The notes beneath the pieces were generated by a model. It was not told the origin of the DNA. It saw only the letters and a program-made list of their open reading frames with translations, and made no database searches. DNA of 64,000 bases from Promethearchaeota archaeon (lineage in GTDB: Archaea; Asgardarchaeota; Lokiarchaeia; Sigyniarchaeales; SOKP01), in NCBI GenBank assembly GCA_048937405.1, contig JBHLNF010000004.1, positions 1 to 64,000 on the forward strand, given 5' to 3'. Below are positions 41,406 to 51,849 of the stretch, one piece after another (position 1 is the stretch's first letter; each line of letters begins with the position of its first letter). A program made the translations under genes and the position numbers.

Positions 41406-42254
41406 TTACATAAACCAAGAAATAACATAATTATAATTCTCAGTTCTTGATATTTGAGGTTCTTTAAAAACCCAATTTCCATTAATACCTAAATGTTTTG
41501 CTACTAAATCAAAGTGACAAACTGCAATTCCAATATCGAGAGGAGGGAATTGGTTATATGGTCCTTTACCTTTAACAATATAAAAATTAAAATTATTTCT
41601 TTCCGTATCCCTGATAATTCTCCAGGGTTGCTTATTTCCAGCAGATGGTCCGATTCTAATCATTTCGAGTAATTCTCGATAATCTCCTGTTTCTTCTGGA
41701 AGAAGTGGAGTCTTAAAATCATGTTTAAAGAAGAGCTTGTCCCATAATAATCGATTGTCTGCTTTTATAAATTTTCTAATTGTTTTCTCTTTAATTGTCC
41801 TTTTGACTGAAAAACCAATAGGAGTAATTGCGGGAACAATTTCATCTTCCTTTTTATGAATTTTCGTTGAAAATAGACTTCTGTTAAAAGTTCCACCTAA
41901 CCAACACGTACCTAATCCCATATCGGTGGCATATAATATAATTTTTTCCATGAGATATCCAAAATGTTCACGATTAAAGTCAAATTTCTTTACTGCCCCA
42001 ACTATAAAATTTTGGGCTCCTTTAATTATTCCATATGTTCCTAGCTTTTTTTTCTCATTGGGATCAAATTCTGGAACATTAATAAGCTCAAATCGAATAT
42101 TTCCTTCTTGTTTGTTAAAGGGACTTTTTAATTCAAGACTTTCTAGCGCTTCAATTACATTTTTCTTTACCTTTTCATCAAGGGGAATTCCAGAATAGGT
42201 CCTACTAGAAGTTCGCTCTCGAATTATCTCTGGAATTGGTTTTGTAAAATTCAT
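41406..42254 (-). CDS. Nitroreductase family protein (two-domain)
   Basis: RTSSRTY, GLGTCWLGG, PSAGNKQPW, DIGIAVCHF. Confidence 0.88.
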   Translation of the reverse strand: MNFTKPIPEIIRERTSSRTYSGIPLDEKVKKNVIEALESLELKSPFNKQEGNIRFELINVPEFDPNEKKKLGTYGIIKGAQNFIVGAVKKFDFNREHFGYLMEKIILYATDMGLGTCWLGGTFNRSLFSTKIHKKEDEIVPAITPIGFSVKRTIKEKTIRKFIKADNRLLWDKLFFKHDFKTPLLPEETGDYRELLEMIRIGPSAGNKQPWRIIRDTERNNFNFYIVKGKGPYNQFPPLDIGIAVCHFDLVAKHLGINGNWVFKEPQISRTENYNYVISWFM

Positions 42255-42498
42255 GATGATATTTGAATGTAGACTTAAAAATATGAATATATAAAATAAA
42301 TGTTTTTTACATAAATATCTTAGATATTATTATTGTGAAAATTAAAATAATCATCTCTACTAAATATCTTTTTCCTGATATAAAGCAATTGCACAATTAA
42401 TTTATTCACATCTAAACTATAAAAACAAGAAAATATGGTCCCCTAGACAAATTACACAATTTTTTTTAATTTGATAATATAATAATAATAAGGCGATT

Positions 42499-45153
42499 AT
42501 GATATCAGACTCGTTTGAAAAATTAAGACCTTCGAGAATTAAGCAAGAATTAATTCCTTTAATTATTATTTCAGTTATTACAATTTCATCCTTTTCCTAT
42601 TTTGCATATCAAGATAATATAGGCTCAATAAGTTATTCTCCAGAAGTACCAATAATTAATATTGAAATAGCAAGTGAAATAACCAATTTTTCTCAACAAT
42701 GTTTTTTAAAAATTTCTCCCATTTCAAGAGAATATGTAGGAGCTCCTTGGGCAAATCATTTTCTAGCTGCCAATATTAGAAAAAGAAATTCTGATGGTGG
42801 ATTTTCTTTTGAGTTATCTCAAAATGAAAATCTCTTTCAAATTCGTAATGATGATGATTGGATTCTTTTACCACCTGGAAAAAATCTTGATGCTCTTAGA
42901 ACAAAGATGGCATTTGATGTTTATAATATGATAATAGATGACAATTCAAATTTTAGACTCCCGCATTCTAAATTAGTTGAGGTATATATGAATGATGATT
43001 ATCAAGGTTTATATTTGCTTTCTGAAAGAATCGATCGAAAAATGATGAATTTAGAACAAGAAAATATTCAAAATCCTGAAGAAAATGATTTAATTTTTCA
43101 TTCGACTAATTGGGAAGGAGATTTTTACACGTATCCAAATAATATTGATTCACCATGGGAACAACTGTATCCAAATTTAATCGATTGCTCTAATATACTC
43201 AAAAGTCTTACAGAATTCATTCTTAATGCTTCAGAAATAGACTTTTTCGATGAGAAGAAGGGCATCTTTACCATCTTGAATAAGGATTCATTAATAGATA
43301 ATCTTTTATTTGGCTTACTTGTAGGACATGAAATTATTGAGGGTTCTTCATATTATTTAGTTTTAAACCAAGAATCTGAATCAGGCTTTTTTTTTCTACC
43401 TTGGAATTTTGCACAAAGTTGGGGGTATAGTGAATATGGTACGATTCCTATTGAACTGTGGTTAAATAAAGATGAAAATATTATCGATTTTGTTGTATGG
43501 AGTAAATTATATTATCGGTTGCTTTTTCCTGAAAATTCTTCTAAAAATAATGAGTTTATAAAAGAGATTATTAATAGATGGACTTATATTAGTACTAATT
43601 TTTGGAATAATAATAACTTAGCGTCATATTTTAATGAACTTTATATCCCTATTAAAAACACACTTATACGAAACACGAAGAATGAAGATTTCTTTGATAG
43701 ACTGGTTGAAACCATTGAAAATTGGATAAGAACTCGATGTGATTTACTTAATAATATTATAATCGCGCAAAAAAACGTTTTCTATAATAATTTTATTTCC
43801 CCTTATCAAGAGGATGACGCAATATTTGGATTCTCTAGTCCTACTGCAAGAAGATACTATTACAAATCATCATCACTATTTTCGACCCAAAAAATTCATG
43901 AAGTTAGTATAGTAATTCAGAGAGATTACTTTTATGATATGATGGAACGAAAACATGATAATAATAAATGGTCAGACCAATTATATATGCCTTCTGATGT
44001 TTCAATTGATAATTATTCAATGGATAATACAGGATTTCGAATTCGTGGTAATTTTAATAGGAGATTTCCTAAAGATTCTTTTAAATTAAAATTTAGTGAA
44101 ACAGAATTGTATATAGGAGATGGTTTATATAAATATGTTCCTGAAAATGAAAATCGACGATTTCTTGGATTAAAACGTTTAAATTTAAGAGCAGCTCCAT
44201 TAGATTTCTCACTAATGAATGAAGTTGCTGGTTATGAAGTTTTTACAATTCTTGGAATTCCTTGTACAAGATTAAGTTGGGCTAAACTTTATATTACTGA
44301 AACAAATGAAGAAGGAAAAATTATTAATCAAAAGGAATATAAAGGATTATATTTACTTACAGAAGACATTGATAAAACATTTCTTCGCTATAATTTTAAA
44401 AATCCAGAAGCAAATCTCTATAAGATTAATGCTGGTGTAGCTACTCTTGAATACATCTCAAATTTAAAAAATTATTTAACTGAAGACGGCCATAGAATTT
44501 ACGAACTTAGGACTAACCAAGATATAGATGATTATTCTGATTTGGAAAAATTTATACAATATATTAATTATAACTGGAGCAATATTCATGAAGTTGTAAA
44601 TTTAACCCTGCTTGCAAAATATTTTGCCGTAAGTGTATTTATAGGTAATTGGGATGATTATATTTTTATCCCTCATAACTATTGGATGTATTCTGATCCT
44701 AATTTTGGTTTTGTGCTTTTACCATGGGATATTGAACATAGCTTTAATAGTGGTAGTAATCAATCAATAATTGAGTGGGGAGCTCCTGATTATCGGAATG
44801 CTCCCTTGCTTTCAGGATATAAAGGATGGTATGATGAGGCTAGTTTACAATTTGGAATTAACCCTGTTACAAGGCCTCTTTGGGACAATTTAATTAATGA
44901 TACTGATTTTGTAGAAGAATATCTAAATGAACATGAGAAAATTGTAAACAATTCGGCTTCATTAATAGTACAACTTGAACAATTGTTTGATCTTATCCAG
45001 TCAACAGTTATCACTTCATTTAATTTTACGGATCCATATCCTACTATGGAGTATCTGCATCAAATCACCTATAACATATTTTTCAATGAAAAGTACCGAG
45101 TTCTAACCTTTATAGAGGAGCGAGCGCAATATGTTAGAGAGCAATTACTTTAA
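42499..45153 (+). CDS. Membrane-anchored protein with two tandem CotH kinase-like domains
   Basis: N-terminal TM; domain 1 YQGLYLLSERID…FLPWNFAQSWG; domain 2 RIRGN, KDSFKLKF, YKGLYLLTEDID, NWDDY…HNY, LPWDIEHSF. Confidence 0.85.
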   Translation: MISDSFEKLRPSRIKQELIPLIIISVITISSFSYFAYQDNIGSISYSPEVPIINIEIASEITNFSQQCFLKISPISREYVGAPWANHFLAANIRKRNSDGGFSFELSQNENLFQIRNDDDWILLPPGKNLDALRTKMAFDVYNMIIDDNSNFRLPHSKLVEVYMNDDYQGLYLLSERIDRKMMNLEQENIQNPEENDLIFHSTNWEGDFYTYPNNIDSPWEQLYPNLIDCSNILKSLTEFILNASEIDFFDEKKGIFTILNKDSLIDNLLFGLLVGHEIIEGSSYYLVLNQESESGFFFLPWNFAQSWGYSEYGTIPIELWLNKDENIIDFVVWSKLYYRLLFPENSSKNNEFIKEIINRWTYISTNFWNNNNLASYFNELYIPIKNTLIRNTKNEDFFDRLVETIENWIRTRCDLLNNIIIAQKNVFYNNFISPYQEDDAIFGFSSPTARRYYYKSSSLFSTQKIHEVSIVIQRDYFYDMMERKHDNNKWSDQLYMPSDVSIDNYSMDNTGFRIRGNFNRRFPKDSFKLKFSETELYIGDGLYKYVPENENRRFLGLKRLNLRAAPLDFSLMNEVAGYEVFTILGIPCTRLSWAKLYITETNEEGKIINQKEYKGLYLLTEDIDKTFLRYNFKNPEANLYKINAGVATLEYISNLKNYLTEDGHRIYELRTNQDIDDYSDLEKFIQYINYNWSNIHEVVNLTLLAKYFAVSVFIGNWDDYIFIPHNYWMYSDPNFGFVLLPWDIEHSFNSGSNQSIIEWGAPDYRNAPLLSGYKGWYDEASLQFGINPVTRPLWDNLINDTDFVEEYLNEHEKIVNNSASLIVQLEQLFDLIQSTVITSFNFTDPYPTMEYLHQITYNIFFNEKYRVLTFIEERAQYVREQLL

Positions 45154-45191
45154 GATATATATGAAACAAATAAAAGTGGTGTAATAAAATC

Positions 45192-45944
45192 ATTAGTTAT
45201 CAGAAATATCAGAAGTATTTCAACCGATTTGAGATAAAATATCAAATCTCATTAAAAGAAAGAGATAATTTACTTAGGTATATTCAACCATTTATAAGAT
45301 TGGATCCTTATGTTCAAAATAGTTATGATTATGAGGTAAGGAGCTTATATTTTGATTCTAATTTCCAACACTCATTTCTCGAGAAAGAAAATGGAATTGG
45401 TATTCGGAAAAAATTAAGGATAAGATTTTATCCAAATTTTACTAGAGATCATCAAGACTTTGCTTTTATTGAAATCAAGAAAAAATTTAATGAGAATGTT
45501 GCAAAGAGGAGGATTTATGTACCTCTTGAAAATGCCTTAAATATTTTAAATAGTAATCATAAAGTAGCCAAAAGTTTCTATGAAAACGCATCAACACAAG
45601 ATAAAGGCACTTTGAAAGAAATCTGGTTTCTTTATAAAAAATACAACTTAAAACCAGTTTGTATTGTTTCTTATAAAAGACAGGCTTATCAATCAAGGTT
45701 TGAAAAAACTTTTAGGATTACACTTGATACAAATGTAAAGGTGCGGAATCATAATCTTAATCTTAAGATTGGTGGTGGTTCGAAATTTATTGTTCCACAA
45801 AGGATTTGTATAATGGAAGTTAAATTTAATAATTTCATTCCAAATTGGGCTATAAAAATTATCCAAAAAAACGATTGTATACAATATAAAATCTCGAAAT
45901 TTGCAACTGGAATAGAAAAAACCAAAAATTTTGCTTTAGTCTAA
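45192..45944 (+). CDS. VTC-domain (polyphosphate polymerase-like, CYTH superfamily) protein; start uncertain
   Basis: RSLYFD, RKKLRIRFY, FIEIKKK, RITLD, MEVKF, ISKF; the frame stays open upstream of the track's TTG (45300) and carries RFEIKY at 45225-45242. Confidence 0.85.
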   Translation: MSYQKYQKYFNRFEIKYQISLKERDNLLRYIQPFIRLDPYVQNSYDYEVRSLYFDSNFQHSFLEKENGIGIRKKLRIRFYPNFTRDHQDFAFIEIKKKFNENVAKRRIYVPLENALNILNSNHKVAKSFYENASTQDKGTLKEIWFLYKKYNLKPVCIVSYKRQAYQSRFEKTFRITLDTNVKVRNHNLNLKIGGGSKFIVPQRICIMEVKFNNFIPNWAIKIIQKNDCIQYKISKFATGIEKTKNFALV

Positions 45945-46027
45945 TATTTCTATTCTGTTTTATGATATGTTTATGCTAATTAGATTTATTCTATTATATA
46001 AAATTTATTTTATGAAGTAAATTATTT

Positions 46028-46795
46028 ATGCATATGTGGTTAGATGATTTTATCATAAAATTTATTGAAGATTCATTTTTCACTTTAGGTACCAATATTT
46101 CACCAATAGAAGTATCCGATGTAATTATTGTTTTCTTTTGGAGTATTGTTCTATCAATCCTAATTGGAATTACCTATCGGGGAACACATCGAAGTATTTC
46201 CTATTCACAAAATTTTACTCAAACTTTGATATTATTAGGGATGATTGTGGGGATGATTATGATAATTATTGGAACAGATATTGCTCGGGCTTTTACATTA
46301 GTAGGTGCCCTTTCAATTGTTAGATTTAGAAATGCTCTAAAAGAAACCAGAGATGTTGGTTTTATCTTTTTTGTAATGGCTGTAGGAATGGCTTGTGGTA
46401 CACGATTTTATTTAGTAGGAATTATGCTTACTACTGTGGGTTGTAGCCTTATGTATTTCATGACATATACTAAATTTGGGCAAAAAAGCTTAGCGCAAGA
46501 CATTCTAGAACTTGATTTTCCTGTTTCTAAAGATTATGCTCAAATTTTGAGTCCAATTTTTGTAAGATATTTGAAATATTTTACGATCCTTGGAATCGAT
46601 TCGATAGATAAGGAGACAAATCGCATTAGTTTTATTGTTACTTTTAAACAAAAGTCAAAAATGTTCTCTTTCACAAAGAAGAGTGAATTTTCAAAAGGAC
46701 TAGACTCAAAAGCGGGTTTATTATCAGAAGTTCAGAAAATATCTTATATTACAAATATAAAAGTGATTGATGGAAGCAATTCAGTTGAGATTTAG
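46028..46795 (+). CDS. DUF4956 family membrane protein
   Basis: IARAFTLVGALSIVRFR…KETRD…MAVGMACG signature. Confidence 0.88.
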   Translation: MHMWLDDFIIKFIEDSFFTLGTNISPIEVSDVIIVFFWSIVLSILIGITYRGTHRSISYSQNFTQTLILLGMIVGMIMIIIGTDIARAFTLVGALSIVRFRNALKETRDVGFIFFVMAVGMACGTRFYLVGIMLTTVGCSLMYFMTYTKFGQKSLAQDILELDFPVSKDYAQILSPIFVRYLKYFTILGIDSIDKETNRISFIVTFKQKSKMFSFTKKSEFSKGLDSKAGLLSEVQKISYITNIKVIDGSNSVEI

Positions 46796-46829
46796 AAAAC
46801 AATTTTAATGATTTATCAGTTAAAAAAAA

Positions 46830-47207
46830 TTATTCATTTTCCCTATATTTTTTTATAGCAACGTGCAAAGCATCTGCTGCAAGATTAGAACAATGCAATT
46901 TAATAGGGGGAAGACCATCCAGTGCATCAGCAACATCATCTCGAGTAATTTTAATAGCATCATCTAAAGTTTTTCCTTTGGCTATCTCAGTAATCATTGA
47001 TGATGAGGCAATGGCTGCAGCGCACCCAAATGTCTGAAAAGATATATCATCAATTATTTCTTGTCCATTTATCTCTTTTACTTTTATGTATATATACATT
47101 AAATCACCACATGTAGGATTACCATATTCGCCTACTGCATCAGCATCTTTCATTTCACCCATATTTCGGGGATTTCTGAAGTGATCCATTACTTTTTCAG
47201 AGTATAT
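46830..47207 (-). CDS. iscU: Fe-S cluster scaffold IscU/NifU-N (MisU-type)
   Basis: GNPTCGD, FGCAAAIASS, LPPIKLHCS; YSEKVMDHF N-terminus extends to an ATA at 47207 (track start 47189). Confidence 0.93.
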   Translation of the reverse strand: MYSEKVMDHFRNPRNMGEMKDADAVGEYGNPTCGDLMYIYIKVKEINGQEIIDDISFQTFGCAAAIASSSMITEIAKGKTLDDAIKITRDDVADALDGLPPIKLHCSNLAADALHVAIKKYRENE

Positions 47208-47298
47208 GTCTAATCACCTTATTATATTTGTAATTCGATGAAGAATAAGAATTTATTATGTTAAAGATTTTTGGTTAGTTTTCTATAAATGATCATAT

Positions 47299-49593
47299 TT
47301 AATTTAATATTATGAGTTTCCTCTTTATAGGTAATGTAACTTTCTCCACACCTAATTCTTTCACATATTCTACAACTTCTGTTAATTTTTTAGCAGATTG
47401 ATGGAAAAAACAGACTTCTTTTGGCTCCAAATTTTTTATCATTTCTCTCAGTTGATTTTTATCCGCATGCAATTTTATTTTAATATGTGGAGCAAAAGTA
47501 TTAAGTAAAAATGCTCGAAATGGCATTTTCCATGTTTCAGAGAACTCTATTTCATCTACTCCTTCAATTAATTCTGCACCAGGAGATTCATGAATTGACC
47601 CTGCTAAAAATACAAAATTATGCGGATTTCGTCCTACAACATTAATAATTTTTCTTATTAATCCATAAGAAAGATCAGGAGGATGTGAAATTATTATGTT
47701 ATTTTTCTTGCGTAAAAAATCTAAATTAGTATGATCAAACCATCGAAATTTTATGCTATTGAAAGGATTTGCCTTATCTCGAATTAGTCTTGAAATTGGT
47801 CCATAAATATACTCATAGCGATGGTTGATAACTTGAATGTTTTTTCTCACCATCATATCTACATAGATATTTGGACGTTTCTTGTAATCACGCCGTAATT
47901 GAAGCTTTCTAAAATATCTCCAAAAAATTAACATGAAACTAATAGCTAAACTTGATGGATCTGCCCCAATTAACGAGTTGTCTCCGTATTCTGCTTTTTG
48001 TTCTAAAAATAAAACTAAACTATGAAATTGATCAGATAGATTTCCATAATCATCTTGAGCAGCAGTACCATCAATTAGTAAATAGTCTATAGGACGAGAT
48101 ATTTGTTCTAGAAAACGTTTTGTGCCAGCGAATGGAGTAATATCAATATATGTATAATCTCCTGTATACAAAAATCTAAAATCATTTACTTTTGCCAACA
48201 TCATCAAAGCACCTGGCATATGACCTGCATGAAAAAAGGAAAGAAAACAATTTGAATCTTTAAATTCGATTTTAGTACCATTTTCAACATAAATTACATT
48301 TCTGACTATATTTCGGTAATCTTCTTCCTCAATTTCGTCATAAGTATCTTGTTTTAAGAAGTTAGAATCCCTAAGGAGATATAAGTCTAATGTTATTCTA
48401 GAAGTTAAGATAGGAACTTCTGGATATAATTTAATTAATTCCTTCAACCCAGAAACATGATCATAATGACTATGTGATATAAAAATGGCATCAATTTTAG
48501 GATCTTGTGAAATGCTTTTTAATAGAATCTCTTTTTGATTATTTGTTGCAATATCCCTCCTAATTTTTTCTTGTTCTAAGAGATTTCTGGGTAAATTCTG
48601 AAGATAATCTTCAATATACCTAATATCACCTTCAATTTCATTTTCTTCATCTTTTTCTGAAAGACCACAATCCAGCAAAAAATTGAGGTTTCCCAATCCC
48701 AAAATATGGCAATTATGGTTTGGCTTTAGGACTATGGGGTAAATTGTTACTCTAATTTCTTTAATGTTTTTAGAATCATTTGTAAGAGAAATATTAGAAA
48801 AGTAGTTAGTATTAAACCTCTTTTCGATTTTATCAATCGCGATACATAATTCACTTTTTCCAACTGGAACTCCAGTAATATAAAAATACCATCCATAAAT
48901 TTTAACCAAATTCTCCAAATTTTCATACATCTCATCACCTACTAAAGATTTAATGACAATGACTTTTTCTTTATGATAGAAAATTATTTTTCTAATACTT
49001 TTTTTTTCCTCAATTGGAACTAGTTCATCTTTAAAAAAGAAACTATTGAGAACCTCTTTAATAGGCATTTGAGGCAATTCTTTTGATTTAATTATTTTTA
49101 GATATTGATTATACTCTTTTGTTCTATATAGGGCCCTCATATTTTCCTTTTGTTTCAATGGAATAACCATATCTTCAAAATGAAAGTTTTCTACATTTAT
49201 TGTGATTTCTTCTTTTCTTTCCTCTTTTTTCTTTGCTTTTGTCTTTTTTGGTCCTTTTCTTGGTTTTTCTAAGAAAAAGAACCATCCATAATCTCTTATT
49301 AGCTTGTCTCGATTTATGATAACCTCTTTACCATGGGTAGTAATTAAAATTATGATTCTATCCTTTTGACAATAAATAATTTTAAAAATTGAATTCTTAG
49401 TTTTATCTGAAATATTATTATTTTTATAAAAAAAATGATATATAGCTTCTTTAAAATCCTTTTGAGGAATTTTCCTTTCTTCTAATAATTTTAAATTACT
49501 TTGATAAGATTTAATTTTATACGAAGAATCTAATTCTTCTTTTCTTTCAATAGTTATATTTTTATCTGAAAATTTAAATTCCTCAATTATCAT
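47299..49593 (-). CDS. MBL/beta-CASP ribonuclease-like protein with duplicated N-terminal (KH-like) domain
   Basis: LLDCG, ISHSHYDH, AGHMPG, YTGD, IDGT, LHAD, FFHQ; N-terminal 60-aa repeat ending in YGW(F/Y)F. Confidence 0.8.
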   Translation of the reverse strand: MIIEEFKFSDKNITIERKEELDSSYKIKSYQSNLKLLEERKIPQKDFKEAIYHFFYKNNNISDKTKNSIFKIIYCQKDRIIILITTHGKEVIINRDKLIRDYGWFFFLEKPRKGPKKTKAKKKEERKEEITINVENFHFEDMVIPLKQKENMRALYRTKEYNQYLKIIKSKELPQMPIKEVLNSFFFKDELVPIEEKKSIRKIIFYHKEKVIVIKSLVGDEMYENLENLVKIYGWYFYITGVPVGKSELCIAIDKIEKRFNTNYFSNISLTNDSKNIKEIRVTIYPIVLKPNHNCHILGLGNLNFLLDCGLSEKDEENEIEGDIRYIEDYLQNLPRNLLEQEKIRRDIATNNQKEILLKSISQDPKIDAIFISHSHYDHVSGLKELIKLYPEVPILTSRITLDLYLLRDSNFLKQDTYDEIEEEDYRNIVRNVIYVENGTKIEFKDSNCFLSFFHAGHMPGALMMLAKVNDFRFLYTGDYTYIDITPFAGTKRFLEQISRPIDYLLIDGTAAQDDYGNLSDQFHSLVLFLEQKAEYGDNSLIGADPSSLAISFMLIFWRYFRKLQLRRDYKKRPNIYVDMMVRKNIQVINHRYEYIYGPISRLIRDKANPFNSIKFRWFDHTNLDFLRKKNNIIISHPPDLSYGLIRKIINVVGRNPHNFVFLAGSIHESPGAELIEGVDEIEFSETWKMPFRAFLLNTFAPHIKIKLHADKNQLREMIKNLEPKEVCFFHQSAKKLTEVVEYVKELGVEKVTLPIKRKLIILN

Positions 49594-49857
49594 TTATTTA
49601 ATGATATTCATCAAGTAAAAAAATCATTTCGCTTTTTTTTTTTAATCAGAAAGATTCTAATTCATAAAGAAAATGAAGTAGAGCTTTAATTATTCTCTTA
49701 AATGGTTCAAAAAATATTTTAGAAAGAATTACATAATTTTTTCTTAAATTTCTCTTCAAATTTATATAAAAACCTTTTTTCTTGTATAACAAAATTATAA
49801 AAACATCTTCCTTCTAATAGAATAAACACTACGTTAAACTAATATTAATTAAATTTT

Positions 49858-50445
49858 CTAACTTTTTTTTCTAAATAGTAATTCCCATCTCGTTTTTGAA
49901 CGTGTTGGAAAATTACCACCACGCACAGATTTTACCTGTTCTACTGAAATAAATGCTTTAGGATTATTAGATCTTATTATTTCTAGAATTTTTGGTAAAT
50001 CTTTACGCTTTATTATCAATATAACCAATCTTACTATTCCTTGATGTCCTTCAGCGGATAGAGTGGTAAGACTATATCCATTATCTTTTAATAAATTAAT
50101 TAATTTTTCAGGATTCTCACGAATGATTAATTGCAAACTTAATAATCCTAAAGATATTTTATTTTCAACTAATAATCCTATATAATTGCCTGTTGCGAAT
50201 CCTCCAGCATATGCAAAATAATAAATTATATTAGTTAAATTACTAAAAATTTGTCCAACAGCTAATAACCAAATAAAAATTTCAAAAAAACCTACAATTG
50301 GTGCTAATTTTTGCCTGCCTTGAGAAATAAAAACAATTCTCAATGTTCCAAGTGTTACATCTAAAACTCGGGCAATAAATATTAATAATGGTAAAAGAAT
50401 GAGAGAAAAGAATGGGTTTTGCAATAATGCATTAAATAAAGTCAT
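49858..50445 (-). CDS. DUF2179/UPF0316 (YebE-like) membrane protein
   Basis: IARVLDVTLGTLR, GFFEIFIW, AYAGGFATGNYIG; PII-like C-terminus. Confidence 0.88.
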   Translation of the reverse strand: MTLFNALLQNPFFSLILLPLLIFIARVLDVTLGTLRIVFISQGRQKLAPIVGFFEIFIWLLAVGQIFSNLTNIIYYFAYAGGFATGNYIGLLVENKISLGLLSLQLIIRENPEKLINLLKDNGYSLTTLSAEGHQGIVRLVILIIKRKDLPKILEIIRSNNPKAFISVEQVKSVRGGNFPTRSKTRWELLFRKKS

Positions 50446-50557
50446 TTTTATCTTAAAAGCCCTAAATTATTTTTAATTTTTATACAACTAAAAAATACTT
50501 TTCATTTTTATCAAAAAAAGCTGATATTTTTTATCATATAAATTATTTTGTCTAAAT

Positions 50558-51475
50558 TTAAATCACTAAAGTTATCTTTTTTTTCATTTCTTTTACTCGA
50601 GTTCTTAAAGTAACTTCTGTTATTTTTGCAGTTTTGGCAATTTGACTTTGAGTCTTCTTTTGATTTGACTCTTTTGTAGCCAAGTAAAGTGCAGAAGCAG
50701 CAAATCCTTTTGGATCTTTACCTATTAGTGAAAGTCCTTTCTTTGTGGATATTGCTACCATATTTAGAGCAAGTTTTTGAACGTCCATAGATAGATTTAG
50801 ATCAGATCCAAATTTAAAAATTAGCTGTTTAACATTAATTGGCTTATAACTTAAATTTAATTCAGGCAAAACTTCCCTAAGTAGTAATGCTAAAGAATGT
50901 ATAATTAATCTCCGAGAGATCATAGCCGTATCGCTAATTTCTTCAAGTAATTTTGGAAATTCATGTATTCTAATAGCAACATATAAAGAAGCAGTTATAA
51001 ATCCCTCTATTGATCGTCCCATTGTTAACTTTTTTTTTGCTGCTAAAGCATAGACCTTCCATGCTGTTTCCTGTATGTGATCTGGAAGATTTAATTTCAA
51101 AGAAAGTTGTTTTATTTTTGGTTTAGCTTCCCAGAAATTTCTTTCTATACCTGAAATTAAAGAATTTTGAATTTTTGATAATCTTGAAAATAAAGTTTTC
51201 TTTTCTGCTGACAAATAATGCCCTTTATAATCAATTTTACTATCAGAAAGCATGGTTCTTGAGCCGAATTCTCTCCATCTCGGTTCTGTTTGTTTTCTTT
51301 CCTTAACTTCCTCACTACTATATGCTCTTCTTTCTTGATCTACTAAATAAACATCTAACACCATTCCACAATTTATGCAAACTTTATTACCTGCCTTAAA
51401 ATCAATACAAGGTTTTTCACAACAGTTTTCTTCAATTTGTTCTTCTTTTTTCAAATATTTATCATTATTATTCAA
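50558..51475 (-). CDS. tfb: Transcription initiation factor IIB paralogue
   Basis: Zn ribbon CC…VCINCG, ERRAY, two cyclin repeats (MGRSIEG, GKDPKG.AASALY, TEVTLRTR). Confidence 0.9.
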   Translation of the reverse strand: MNNNDKYLKKEEQIEENCCEKPCIDFKAGNKVCINCGMVLDVYLVDQERRAYSSEEVKERKQTEPRWREFGSRTMLSDSKIDYKGHYLSAEKKTLFSRLSKIQNSLISGIERNFWEAKPKIKQLSLKLNLPDHIQETAWKVYALAAKKKLTMGRSIEGFITASLYVAIRIHEFPKLLEEISDTAMISRRLIIHSLALLLREVLPELNLSYKPINVKQLIFKFGSDLNLSMDVQKLALNMVAISTKKGLSLIGKDPKGFAASALYLATKESNQKKTQSQIAKTAKITEVTLRTRVKEMKKKITLVI

Positions 51476-51849
51476 TTAAATAATCACTTTCTAAGGAATT
51501 TAATTACAAAAAAATAAATTCTTATCTTGAGTTCTGTATATAGAAAGTCCTCTTAATAAACTTATCTATTATGAACATTTCAAAGAAATAGTAAAACAAA
51601 TATTAAAACCATTTAATTTATCCTCTTTCAAATATATCTAATAACCTAAGTTTTTACTATAGTTTTTCGTATTAAGTCAAATTAATTAATCAAAGACTAT
51701 ATTTTGAGAATATATCAATAATTTCTGTTAAAAAATTCTACTCCTTTAGTAATTTCAATAGAGTTATTTATATTAATTAAAAAATATAAATTATCATAAA
51801 AAAAATCATAAACAAACTTAAGATTCCTCAAGAATCTTTCAAACATATA

